Of a stretch of 64,000 nt of DNA, positions 1 through 8,540 are shown one piece after another. The stretch is from assembly GCA_022868165.1 (NCBI GenBank), contig JALHYA010000004.1, positions 83,432 through 147,431 on the forward strand. The letters run 5' to 3'. This DNA is from Patescibacteria group bacterium (GTDB taxonomy: Bacteria > Patescibacteriota > Microgenomatia > UBA8517). The translations under genes were made by a program, and so were the position numbers. Below the pieces are notes generated by a model. It made no database searches. It saw only the letters and a program-made list of their open reading frames with translations, and was not told the DNA's origin. Numbering within the stretch: the stretch's first letter is position 1; the number at the start of each line of letters is the position of its first letter.

Positions 1-347
1 TGCTCGTCGTAAATAAGAAAACTTTTCGGAATTCCGATTTGGTATCCGTCGATTCTTAGTACTTTGGCGCAAAAAGAGTGGAAGGTTCCTGCGAATTTTG
101 GCATCTGTCCGATTAGATTGACGACCCTTTCTTTCATCTCGTTGGCGGCCTTATTGGTGAAAGTAAGAAGAAGAACGTTGTCGGGTTTTACCGCCCCTGT
201 ATAAATAAAGTAGGCAACTCTATGGGTAAGTACTCTGGTTTTACCGCTTCCTGCTCCGGCGAGAACCAAAAGCGGACCTTTGTCATAGGTTACGGCCTCT
301 CTCTGCTGTCTGTTTAAGTCCGAAAGGAGCTTGTTTGTTGTATCCAT
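1..347 (-). CDS. UvrD/PcrA/Rep-family ATP-dependent DNA helicase, N-terminal part (gene continues past window edge)
   Basis: Reverse-strand translation from ATG (rev-comp of 345-347): MDTTNKLLSDLNRQQREAVTYDKGPLLVLAGAGSGKTRVLTHRVAYFIY...LLLTFTNKAANEMKERV. Contains the Walker A GAGSGKT and motif Ia typical of UvrD/PcrA. Not in the ORF track because it is truncated by the window edge. Confidence 0.8.
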   Translation of the reverse strand, partial: MDTTNKLLSDLNRQQREAVTYDKGPLLVLAGAGSGKTRVLTHRVAYFIYTGAVKPDNVLLLTFTNKAANEMKERVVNLIGQMPKFAGTFHSFCAKVLRIDGYQIGIPKSFLIYDE

Positions 348-387
348 CTGAAATAGAATATCACTTACTGGAACCTACGATTTTAGC

Positions 388-1428
388 ATGGAAGACGAGG
401 CAAAGAAGAACAAAAAAGATTTTGGTTGGGGACCAAAGACAATACTTATTGTCTTTATTCTTCTATTCTCCTACTTCATTTATTTTTCTATAAACAACCT
501 TTGGGTTAAAAGTGGAAAAGTCAATTACCTTGCACTTGTTGATGATTTTATTCTTACCCCCGCAAGCCAAATAGCCGCTGTCAATGGGAGAACCAACATT
601 CTTGTAATGGGCAAGGCTGGAAAGGGACAAACGGCTCCCGACTTGACGGACACGATTATGGTTGTCTCCATTTCGCATTCGAAACCGGCGATTTCATCTG
701 TTTCTTTTTCCCGCGATATTTGGATTCCCGAGATAAGGGCAAAAATAAATAGCGCCTATTATTGGGGAAACCAGAAATCCCTTCGCGGAGGACTTAATTT
801 GGCTAAAGAAACCGTAGGAAAAATTTTGGGACTTCCCATTCAATATGCTGTGGTAGTGGATTTTTCGAGCTTCAAAGATATTATCGATGTTTTGGGCGGA
901 ATAAACGTTAATGTTGAAAAATCTTTTACGGATACCCAGTTTCCTATTGTCGGCAAAGAAAATGACACATGCGGAGGAGATCCGCAGTTCAAATGCCGAT
1001 ACGAAACAATTCACTTCGACAAGGGAATGCAATTTATGGATGGCGACACCGCTCTGAAGTTTGTTCGTTCAAGAATGGCAAAAGGCGATGAAGGAACGGA
1101 TTTTGCAAGGGAGAAAAGACAGCAGGAAGTAATGGAGGCGATAAAAGAAAAGGTAATGAATACCCAAACGCTTTTGAATCCGACAAAACTCTGGGGTTTG
1201 TGGCAAGTAGCATCGAAAAATCTGGAAACAGACGTTCCACTCCCGGCAGGGGCAATTTTAGCCAGACGGGTAGTTGATGCAAGGGGTAAAGTCGCGTCTT
1301 TTGTTATTCCCGAGGAACTTTTGTATAACCCGCCGATTTCGGCAAGATACGATTTTCAATATGTTTTTATTCCGAAGGCCGGGGACTGGAGTAAAGTGCA
1401 GGACTTCATACAAAAAGCGCTTCCCTAG
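388..1428 (+). CDS. LytR-CpsA-Psr (LCP) family cell-envelope phosphotransferase with N-terminal TM anchor
   Basis: N-terminal TM segment followed by the LCP core: NILVMGKAGKG...DTIMVVSISH...IQYAVVVDFSSFKDIIDVLGGINVNV...HFDKGMQFMDGDTALKFVRSR. Confidence 0.8.
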   Translation: MEDEAKKNKKDFGWGPKTILIVFILLFSYFIYFSINNLWVKSGKVNYLALVDDFILTPASQIAAVNGRTNILVMGKAGKGQTAPDLTDTIMVVSISHSKPAISSVSFSRDIWIPEIRAKINSAYYWGNQKSLRGGLNLAKETVGKILGLPIQYAVVVDFSSFKDIIDVLGGINVNVEKSFTDTQFPIVGKENDTCGGDPQFKCRYETIHFDKGMQFMDGDTALKFVRSRMAKGDEGTDFAREKRQQEVMEAIKEKVMNTQTLLNPTKLWGLWQVASKNLETDVPLPAGAILARRVVDARGKVASFVIPEELLYNPPISARYDFQYVFIPKAGDWSKVQDFIQKALP

Positions 1429-1431
1429 AGA

Positions 1432-2571
1432 TTAAAAGGCCCACTGTCCTGTTACATAAGACAATGTGAGGTAAGAAAGAAGAATTGTCGATATAAATAT
1501 CCAGACGGTATAGACAATTTTATTTTTCGTTAAGTGCGTAAGAAAAATAAAAAACGGAGGAATAGACAGAAGGTAGCGCGGGGTACTCAAGATAAAACTT
1601 GTCGAGGAGAGGAAGATAACCCCCAGAAGGTAATAAACAAAATAGGATTTGCGCAGTTTTTTATAGGCATAGGGGATTAATAACCACAGCAAAGTTGCGG
1701 AAACCGCTTCGGCCCAGCCAATCATCACTCTAAAAAATATTGTTCCGCTTCCCAGTGCGATTCGCCAGCTATCGGCTATTGATTGCCAGGGGAATGCAAA
1801 ATGTTTTTGCCAGTTGTTGACCAAAATTCTTTGAAAGGCCAGAGCGTTGCCATAAATTTTTTGATTGATAACCAAATAGATTATTATGGCAATTAAAGTG
1901 GGAAGAAAAATCGCCGCAAACTGCCAAACTTTTTTGTTTTTTTCCTTTCGCCAATCAAAAAATATCGCAGGGGCAAATAAGATTCCGAAGGGCCGAGTCA
2001 ATACTGCCAGTCCGCTAAAAAATCCCGAAAGTCCCCAATTGCTTTTTCTTCCAAAGTAGAAGGACAAAGCAAAAAGAAGAATAAATAGAGACTCTGTATA
2101 TGGAGCTCCAAAAAAATATGAAGTTGGGAAAATCAATAGAAGAATCAAAAACCTTTCAACAAATTTTTCCTCATAATCTAAGCGTAAGAGTTTATACAAA
2201 AAAATGCATGCGAGTGCAAAGGAGGCTGTCGAAATTAATATTCCCACGGCTTCCGCGTTTTTTACGAAATTAAAAAGCGCCAAGATAAGTGGATAAAGGG
2301 GCATAAAAACAATAAAATTTGCAGGGTCGCCAACATTGGTATAACCATGAGTTACCAAATAAAGATAATGGGGCGCATCCCAATAGTTCCAGGAGTAACC
2401 CTTTCCGGGTAGAAGAAGTACCTGAACGAGCATTGGAACAAGAATGAGTGCTATTCTAGAAATAATGAGCAGAATTAAAAATTTCTTTAAGAACGAATTC
2501 ATGATGTTCTTTCTTATTCTACTGACTTTTGCAGTTAAATTTGTACTCTCATATCTTCCGAGCTTTGACAT
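1432..2571 (-). CDS. Polytopic membrane protein, GT-C fold glycosyltransferase-like (DUF2029/GT87-like mannosyltransferase family)
   Basis: 379 aa, about 10 predicted TM helices, aromatic-rich loops (FFGAPYTESLFILLFALSFYF) typical of GT-C lipid-linked sugar transferases. An alternative start MNSFLKK at 2502 would abut the divergent gene. Confidence 0.5.
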   Translation of the reverse strand: MSKLGRYESTNLTAKVSRIRKNIMNSFLKKFLILLIISRIALILVPMLVQVLLLPGKGYSWNYWDAPHYLYLVTHGYTNVGDPANFIVFMPLYPLILALFNFVKNAEAVGILISTASFALACIFLYKLLRLDYEEKFVERFLILLLIFPTSYFFGAPYTESLFILLFALSFYFGRKSNWGLSGFFSGLAVLTRPFGILFAPAIFFDWRKEKNKKVWQFAAIFLPTLIAIIIYLVINQKIYGNALAFQRILVNNWQKHFAFPWQSIADSWRIALGSGTIFFRVMIGWAEAVSATLLWLLIPYAYKKLRKSYFVYYLLGVIFLSSTSFILSTPRYLLSIPPFFIFLTHLTKNKIVYTVWIFISTILLSYLTLSYVTGQWAF

Positions 2572-4957
2572 AGATATGGGAACATGGATTGCATGGGCTC
2601 ATAGGCTTGCCGAAATAGGCCCCTGGAAATTTTACAGCGATGCTGTTTGGACTCAATACACTCCGGGATTTTTGTATTGGCTTTGGCTTTTAGGAAAGGC
2701 GGGGCTTGCGAATGCGCTTTCCATAAAATTGCCGGTCGTGATTGCGGAAGTTGCAACGGGGGTAATCATTTGGTCGGTACTTAGAAAGGTCGATGAAAAG
2801 TTCGCTTCCCTGGCTCTTTTATTTTATGCCTTAAATCCTGCAATTATTTTTGACGGCTCCGTTTGGGGACAGGTAGACGGGATTTTGGCGCTGTTTTTGT
2901 TCTTGAGTGTTTACTTTTTGACCTTCAAAGAAAAGCCAATTTTATCTGGTCTTTTTTGGGGACTTGCATTTCTGGTTAAACCCCAATCCTTTGCAATCTT
3001 GCCAGCCATTATCTTTATTTTGGCAATAAAGTTTTCGGCGAGGCGGGTTGTCAAATTTGTTCTATCCTCCGGAGCAACAATTTTTCTTTTGGGGCTTCCT
3101 TTCTTTCCACAAAATCCTATTTTCGGACTTGTCCAACTGGTTTTTGAGATGAGTTCCTATTATTCTTACACTTCTGTTTTTGCCTTTAATTTCTGGTCAA
3201 TTGTCGTAGGAATGTGGAAGTCGGATTCGATAATTTTTTTGGGAGTCCCCCTTTTCTTCTGGGGAATTTCTTTATACCTTGCATCCTTGGTATTGATATT
3301 TTTTGTTTTTAGAAAGAAAAGGGAAGTCGGGTATCTTTATTTGGTAACTGCACTTACCCTATTTGCATTTTTTCTTTTTCCGACCAGGGTTCACGAAAGA
3401 TACCTTCTTCCGATTTTTCCGTTTCTTTTAACCGCGGCAGGACTTCTTAAATCAAAAAAGCTTACTTGGGCGTTTATCGGAGTTTCCGTCTTGAGTCTTG
3501 CTAATCTTTACCACCCTTACGCCTATTACTCAAAGAATTACTTAGTAAGTAGCGGTCTTTTGCAATTTAGCGGAAATTTTGCTCCCTTTATCGGTGCGGC
3601 ATTTTTGGTTTTGTTTTTCGGTATGATATTTGATTGGAGATTGCCCGAAATAAAAATGAAATTTCCAAAATATTCCTCAAGGTTCTGGCTTTTTATAATT
3701 GTCGGCTTTGCACTGCTTACGAGAATTTTATTTTTGGGAAGTCCACAGAGCGAATATTTCGATGAGGTTTATCACGCCTTTACCGCAAGACAAATTCTTC
3801 ACGGGAACAAAATGGCTTGGGAATGGTGGAATGTTCCTCCCAAGGGTTTTGCCTATGAGTGGACCCACCCGCCATTGGCAAAACTCGGGATGGTTTTGGG
3901 AATGCTTATTTTTGGAGAAAACTCTTTCGGCTGGAGAATTCCCGGAGCGCTTTTGGGAGTGGGGAGTGTTTATCTTGTTTATTTGATTGCCAAAAAATTA
4001 TTCGACGATGAAAAAATTGCTCTTTTGTCGGCAGGAGTTTTTGCGCTTGATGGATTGCCGCTTGTGATGTCAAGAATAGGAATGAACGACAGTTATATTT
4101 TGTTTTTTGCCCTTGCCTCAATCTATCTCTTCATGGAACAAAAAAATCTTTTTTCGGCAATTGCTTTCGGACTTGCGCTTTCTTCCAAATGGTCGGCCCT
4201 TTGGGCGATACCAATCTTGGGACTTCTGTATTTGCAACGAAAAGATAACATCTTCCGCGGATTAAAATCCGCGGCTTTGTCCCTAAGGAAAGATGTTGAT
4301 ACAGCTTCAATTCATCCCCTCGACTTCGCTCGGGGTTTTCTTGAAGCTTTTAATAAATTCGAGAAAGGTTTACTCTGGTTTATTGTATTAGTTCCTGCGG
4401 TTTATCTGGCAATCTATGTACCATTCTTTTTGTCGGGACACGGATGGCCCACCTTTATCGAACTTCAAAAACAAATGTGGTGGTATCACACAAGGCTTAA
4501 GGCAACTCATCCTTATACATCTACATGGTGGGAATGGCCATTTCTCGTCCGTCCGATTTATTTGTATACAAGCGGTTACGCAAAGGGAGTTGTTGCAAAT
4601 ATTTATGCGATGGGAAATCCCGCGGTATTTTGGGGAGGCTTGGCTGCAGTAGTTTGGGGAATTTACTATGCATACGTAAATAAAATTAAAAGTCTCGGCC
4701 TGGTAATTTTTTCCTACTTGGTATTTTTTGTTCCTTGGGCGCTTTCTCCGAGAATAATGTTTCTCTATCACTATCTCCCGTCGATTCCTTTTTTGGCAAT
4801 TGCCACGGGATATTTTCTTAAAAGGACACCAAAAGCGATTATTCCCTTCTTCCTTATCGCAGGAATTTTGTTTATCTATTTCTTCCCGCACTGGACGGGA
4901 ATGACGATTCCGCAAAGTTTGGACTCTTTATACTATTGGTTCCCATCATGGCGGTGA
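2444..4957 (+). CDS. Large polytopic membrane glycosyltransferase: N-terminal GT-C/DUF2029-like module fused to a C-terminal PMT/ArnT-like (GT39/GT83) module
   Basis: 837 aa. The C-terminal half (FGSPQSEYFDEVYHAFTARQIL...WTHPPLAKLGMVLGMLIFGENSFGWRIPGALLG...) matches the dolichyl-phosphate-mannose/undecaprenyl-phosphate-sugar-dependent glycosyltransferase family. The N-terminal half is a second GT-C-like TM bundle. A start at ATG 2501 (MMFFLILL) is equally plausible. Confidence 0.6.
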   Translation: MSAILEIMSRIKNFFKNEFMMFFLILLTFAVKFVLSYLPSFDIDMGTWIAWAHRLAEIGPWKFYSDAVWTQYTPGFLYWLWLLGKAGLANALSIKLPVVIAEVATGVIIWSVLRKVDEKFASLALLFYALNPAIIFDGSVWGQVDGILALFLFLSVYFLTFKEKPILSGLFWGLAFLVKPQSFAILPAIIFILAIKFSARRVVKFVLSSGATIFLLGLPFFPQNPIFGLVQLVFEMSSYYSYTSVFAFNFWSIVVGMWKSDSIIFLGVPLFFWGISLYLASLVLIFFVFRKKREVGYLYLVTALTLFAFFLFPTRVHERYLLPIFPFLLTAAGLLKSKKLTWAFIGVSVLSLANLYHPYAYYSKNYLVSSGLLQFSGNFAPFIGAAFLVLFFGMIFDWRLPEIKMKFPKYSSRFWLFIIVGFALLTRILFLGSPQSEYFDEVYHAFTARQILHGNKMAWEWWNVPPKGFAYEWTHPPLAKLGMVLGMLIFGENSFGWRIPGALLGVGSVYLVYLIAKKLFDDEKIALLSAGVFALDGLPLVMSRIGMNDSYILFFALASIYLFMEQKNLFSAIAFGLALSSKWSALWAIPILGLLYLQRKDNIFRGLKSAALSLRKDVDTASIHPLDFARGFLEAFNKFEKGLLWFIVLVPAVYLAIYVPFFLSGHGWPTFIELQKQMWWYHTRLKATHPYTSTWWEWPFLVRPIYLYTSGYAKGVVANIYAMGNPAVFWGGLAAVVWGIYYAYVNKIKSLGLVIFSYLVFFVPWALSPRIMFLYHYLPSIPFLAIATGYFLKRTPKAIIPFFLIAGILFIYFFPHWTGMTIPQSLDSLYYWFPSWR

Positions 4958-4979
4958 AGGGAAGTTTGACGCCCGAAGC

Positions 4980-5420
4980 TTAAAGCGCTAATACCGCGGA
5001 GACAATAAGGAGAAGAATTCCCGCTCCAATTCCTATGACTGTCGGTAAAGATGTTCCCGAGCTTGGAAGTTGAGGGGCGGGTGTAGGTGTTGGCGCCAAA
5101 GGAGTCGCTGTTGAAGCAGGAGTTGCGGTTGGTGTGGCGCTTGGTGTGGGAGTTGCGGTGCCCGAAGGCGTAGGTGTTGGAGTTCCGCTAGGAGTTTCAG
5201 TCGGTGTTGGTGTCGGCGTTGCCGCAGAAATTGTAAATGTCAAAGCACTGCAGGCAATAGGGGCAGCAGCCGCCGGCTTCGAAGTAGGAACATTAGGTGC
5301 AACAGTGGTCTGCCTTAGTTGGTAGAGTCTAATTGCCGTAAATATCGCAATACCTGCCAACCCGACCGTTGCTATCAGGATTATTACCGTTACTATTCTT
5401 TTTCTAAAGAAATCCCTCAT
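4980..5420 (-). CDS. Small bitopic surface protein: N-terminal signal-anchor, Pro/Thr-rich stalk, C-terminal hydrophobic segment after LPSSG
   Basis: MRDFFRKRIVTVIILIATVGLAGIAIF... then (TP)n-rich linker ... QLPSSGTSLPTVIGIGAGILLLIVSAVLAL. Last gene of the minus-strand operon 9752->4980. Confidence 0.5.
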   Translation of the reverse strand: MRDFFRKRIVTVIILIATVGLAGIAIFTAIRLYQLRQTTVAPNVPTSKPAAAAPIACSALTFTISAATPTPTPTETPSGTPTPTPSGTATPTPSATPTATPASTATPLAPTPTPAPQLPSSGTSLPTVIGIGAGILLLIVSAVLAL

Positions 5421-5440
5421 TTTTTATTTTTATTTACTCC

Positions 5441-5470
5441 AGCTTCTAATCTCTAACTTCCAACTTCCAA
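5441..5470. repeat. Copy of the dispersed intergenic motif (AGCTTCTAATCTCTAACTTCCAACTTCCAA) between two surface-protein genes
   Basis: Reverse complement GGAAGTTGGAAGTTAGAGATTAGAAGCT. Matches the copies at 17955-17980 and 20636-20680. Confidence 0.5.
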
Positions 5471-5471
5471 A

Positions 5472-6842
5472 CTAGAACCAACCTAAAACCGTATTGTGTA
5501 ATTGGGCTCCGACAGTAAAGCTTGAGACTCCTTCGGGAATCGTATATTCATCATAATATTCTTCCGTTCCTGGTTTTTTCTGGGTAACCTCGGACCTATC
5601 GACTCCGTTTATTTTAAATTTGGCTTTATCATTTGTGCCCGTTGTGGCGGTCCCGCCGATTGCGAACCTCACAATATCTCCGACTTTAAGAGTGGAAAGT
5701 TTATCGGCGGTTAATAGCGTCCAGCTGGAATCGAATGCTTGGACGGCCAGACACTGAGCGGATTCTTCTCCTCCCGGGGGAGGTGTTGGAGTTTCTGTTA
5801 TTGTTCCCCCTCCGGTTCCTGTACACTGATAACACCAGTTTGGAATTGTAGCGGTTCCCGCATTAACTATAGTTGCATTTTCGCATATTCGGTTGGCGGT
5901 CGGCGTTTCTCTGACTCCGCAAACTCCCTCGCAAGCCTCTTCCGCAGCATCACGATTGCTTCCTCCGGAGGTATATCCAGTCGGACAAAGTTGGGTAGTT
6001 GTGGTAGAAACACATTCATTTGCCCAACAGCGCTCTCCTGTTGCGCATGCTCTTCCGCAGGAACCGCAGTTGCGGCTGTCGTAGCGGGGGTCGACACAAC
6101 TTCCGTTGCATACGATTTGTCCTGTCTGACAGGTAGTAGTTGCCGTTGCAGTTGGACTGGGTGAGGCAACTCTAGGCAGACAATTGTTGGCAGACCAATA
6201 ACAATCAGACCTGGCTTGACAGACAGAAATACCCAGTCCCAGACAGTTGGGTTGCGCTGTAGACGTAGGTATTGGAGTGGCTGTGGCTGTTGGACAGCCC
6301 GCCCTGCACTCCGTGGCGCTGTTACCTCTACAAAGACAGTTATTATAGCAACTGCCGCTGTTACAATCGATACAACATCCAATATTTTGGCCAGCGGGGG
6401 AAACACATCCTCCACTACTGGTACCCTTAAACGTTTTATTGGCTAGAGTGCATGCTCCGCCGGTGGTACATGTTCCAGTTTGACCACTAACAGTACATGA
6501 CTGACCGGGCCCCGCGGCTTTTTCCCTTATATCCTGTTGTTGTTGCACAAGGACTACTCCTGCTCCCAGACCTCCCACCAAAACGAGGATTCCCAAAATT
6601 GTTGCGACCATACGGCGACTTACTCTGCCTTTCGGTTTTGATGGAGTGATTACGGGAGGAATTCCGAGTCCTTGTAAATCACCAACCGGGCCTGCTCCGC
6701 CGGTCGGTTCGGGAGGCGACGGGGGAACATCGGAATCCATCGACGGCAAAGTTGGAGGAGCAGGTTCGGTTGGAGGAGTTTCACCAAAGATAGGTGTGAC
6801 CGGGACTGGTTTTATTGCGTTCGGGTCAGAATTATCGGGCAT
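5472..6842 (-). CDS. Cysteine-rich extracellular protein with Pro-rich cytoplasmic N-tail and a single TM anchor
   Basis: About 110 aa Pro-rich N-terminus, TM segment RRMVATILGILVLVGGLGAGVVLVQQQQ, then an ectodomain of about 330 aa with about 45 Cys in CxxC / NCGSCG / CxxGxxC arrays (e.g. CQTGQIVCNGSCVDPRYDSRNCGSCGRAC). Overlaps the upstream gene by 11 nt. Confidence 0.5.
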   Translation of the reverse strand: MPDNSDPNAIKPVPVTPIFGETPPTEPAPPTLPSMDSDVPPSPPEPTGGAGPVGDLQGLGIPPVITPSKPKGRVSRRMVATILGILVLVGGLGAGVVLVQQQQDIREKAAGPGQSCTVSGQTGTCTTGGACTLANKTFKGTSSGGCVSPAGQNIGCCIDCNSGSCYNNCLCRGNSATECRAGCPTATATPIPTSTAQPNCLGLGISVCQARSDCYWSANNCLPRVASPSPTATATTTCQTGQIVCNGSCVDPRYDSRNCGSCGRACATGERCWANECVSTTTTQLCPTGYTSGGSNRDAAEEACEGVCGVRETPTANRICENATIVNAGTATIPNWCYQCTGTGGGTITETPTPPPGGEESAQCLAVQAFDSSWTLLTADKLSTLKVGDIVRFAIGGTATTGTNDKAKFKINGVDRSEVTQKKPGTEEYYDEYTIPEGVSSFTVGAQLHNTVLGWF

Positions 6843-8190
6843 ATTTGAAAATAAAGAAACTTAGGCCCAAAAAGCCTATACCCATCATAGAAAGAAGCAG
6901 AGTTGGAGTCAAGCTGCCAGTCTGAGGAATTCCTGAGGCAGTTGAGATTGGAGTAGTAGTTGGCGCAAGCGTCGGCGTTGCCGAGACGGTAGAAGTAGGA
7001 GTTGGAGTAATTATTGGCGTCGGAGTCGGCGTCGGAGTCGGGGAAGGTGTGGTCGATGCAGACGGAGTGGAAACGAAAGCCGGTCCTTCCGCTGCTTGAA
7101 CGACAAATGTTCTTGTTAAAGTCCTTAAGATTCCGGAAGCATCGGTCCAGCTGATGGTTATAGTGTGGCTTCCGGCAGGAAGATTGGATGGTGGATCCCA
7201 AACCCAGTTGCCGCTGGCATCGACAATTGCTGTTCCGGTCACTGCTTCCGATTGAACCGTGATTGTAAGTTTCGTTCTGGGCGGTCCTTCTCCAAAAAAT
7301 TCCGGCTTGGTGCTGGTAACAATTTCCCCGCTGGAAACGCTTTTTAGCGTGACCGTTTGCGCCGATGGGGTTGCGATTTGCGAAGGAACATTAAATCCGG
7401 AAGACGGGGTGGATTCGTTGGGAAGTCCGACGTTTGCCGAAGGAACTTCGCTTGAATTGGAAGGAGGAAGGCTTGTAAAATCATGGGTTTTCCCAATAGT
7501 CATGGCAGGTGCCGGCTTTGCGGATTGAGGATAAATTTGAGCGCTTGAGGTGTTGCCCAGTCCGGCATCAACCGATATTTCGACCAAGGTTTTTGTATCG
7601 TCTATCACAATGTAATTTGTAAGGTCCGCCGTCCTTGCGGCAGATATTGGAACTACCCAATTTCCGTTTTGGGAAGTAAATGTCGAAAGAAGACTTCCTC
7701 CACTTACCGTTACATAAACTAAAGCATTTTGCACAGGGTTTCCGTCGTCACCCAAAACAGTTCCTGAAATTGTGTCCGCTTGTGTTGAAGCGGCAAGGGA
7801 AGGACCGGTTGATGTTTGCCAAGGGGAGCCGCTATCGTCATAAACCGTTCCGCTTGAATTTATTTTGAAAAAAATTGTTTGTCCTGCCGAAAGACCGTTT
7901 ATGGTTACGCGATGTGTAATGTTGGTTCCCACCAGTTCGTCGTTCTCGTTTCTGGATATTGTGCCTTGGGAGGTTCCCCAAAAGACAAAGCTTTCCGTTT
8001 TAGTGTCTGTTACCCAAGAAACCGCAAGAGATGTATCGCTAATATTGGATATCTTTACGTTTTTGGGTGCGGTATCTCCGGTTGCTCCCAATTTGAAAAT
8101 TTGCCTATATTGCACCAAAAATACTCCTGCGGCGAGGCCGATTATTAAAATTATTACCCCGATTATTGTCGGAATTCTACTTGGTTTCAT
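6832..8190 (-). CDS. Sortase-anchored cell-surface protein (FN3-like, CarboxypepD_reg-like and Ig-like beta domains; C-terminal IPQTG sorting signal)
   Basis: N-terminal signal/anchor MKPSRIPTIIGVIILIIGLAAGVFLVQ. Beta-rich domains (DTSLAVSWVTDTKTESFVFWG; ISGTVLGDDGNPVQNALVYVTVSGG; TKLTITVQSEAVTGTAIVDASGNWVW). PT-rich stalk. C-terminus ...STASGIPQTGSLTPTLLLSMMGIGFLGLSFFIFKYAR, i.e. an LPXTG-type motif, hydrophobic span and basic tail. ATGA overlap with the upstream gene. Confidence 0.6.
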   Translation of the reverse strand: MKPSRIPTIIGVIILIIGLAAGVFLVQYRQIFKLGATGDTAPKNVKISNISDTSLAVSWVTDTKTESFVFWGTSQGTISRNENDELVGTNITHRVTINGLSAGQTIFFKINSSGTVYDDSGSPWQTSTGPSLAASTQADTISGTVLGDDGNPVQNALVYVTVSGGSLLSTFTSQNGNWVVPISAARTADLTNYIVIDDTKTLVEISVDAGLGNTSSAQIYPQSAKPAPAMTIGKTHDFTSLPPSNSSEVPSANVGLPNESTPSSGFNVPSQIATPSAQTVTLKSVSSGEIVTSTKPEFFGEGPPRTKLTITVQSEAVTGTAIVDASGNWVWDPPSNLPAGSHTITISWTDASGILRTLTRTFVVQAAEGPAFVSTPSASTTPSPTPTPTPTPIITPTPTSTVSATPTLAPTTTPISTASGIPQTGSLTPTLLLSMMGIGFLGLSFFIFKYAR

Positions 8191-8537
8191 GGTGTTGGTG
8201 TAGCGCTTGCCGTTGCTGTTGGTGTTGCACTGGGACTTGCGGAAGGAGTCGGGGTAATGGTTGGAGATGGGGTTGGAGTTGTAGTTGCGGACGGCGTTGC
8301 TCCCGTAATCTTGGTCCCCCCAATTTCACCTTCGGATAAAAATGTTCTTGATTGAATCTTGGAAAGGGAATCGGTGTCGAGAGTAGGAGTTAAGGCCTGC
8401 AGAATATCTTCAGGAACGCTAGGAGAAGGTTTGGTTGTAAATGCTCTATAAGCGGTGAAAAATACCCAAAAGACAAGCGTTATTGCGGTCAAAACTGCGA
8501 TTGTAACTAAACTTGGGACTCTAGATTTTTTCTTCAT
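8187..8537 (-). CDS. Small membrane-anchored Pro/Thr-rich protein
   Basis: MKKKSRVPSLVTIAVLTAITLVFWVFF anchor followed by a T/P/S/A-rich low-complexity tail. 3-nt gap from the PilO-like gene; ATGA overlap with the next gene. Confidence 0.45.
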   Translation of the reverse strand: MKKKSRVPSLVTIAVLTAITLVFWVFFTAYRAFTTKPSPSVPEDILQALTPTLDTDSLSKIQSRTFLSEGEIGGTKITGATPSATTTPTPSPTITPTPSASPSATPTATASATPTP

Positions 8538-8540
8538 GAT

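Noticed and set aside
5050-8300. Short tandem DNA repeats (ggtgttgg / ggagttgg / ACnCCn periodicities) that superficially resemble a repeat array or CRISPR-like structure
   Set aside because: They are in-frame 6-nt codon repeats encoding (Thr-Pro)n / (Pro-Thr-Ala-Ser) linkers inside the surface-protein genes. There are no constant-length repeat/spacer units and no cas genes.
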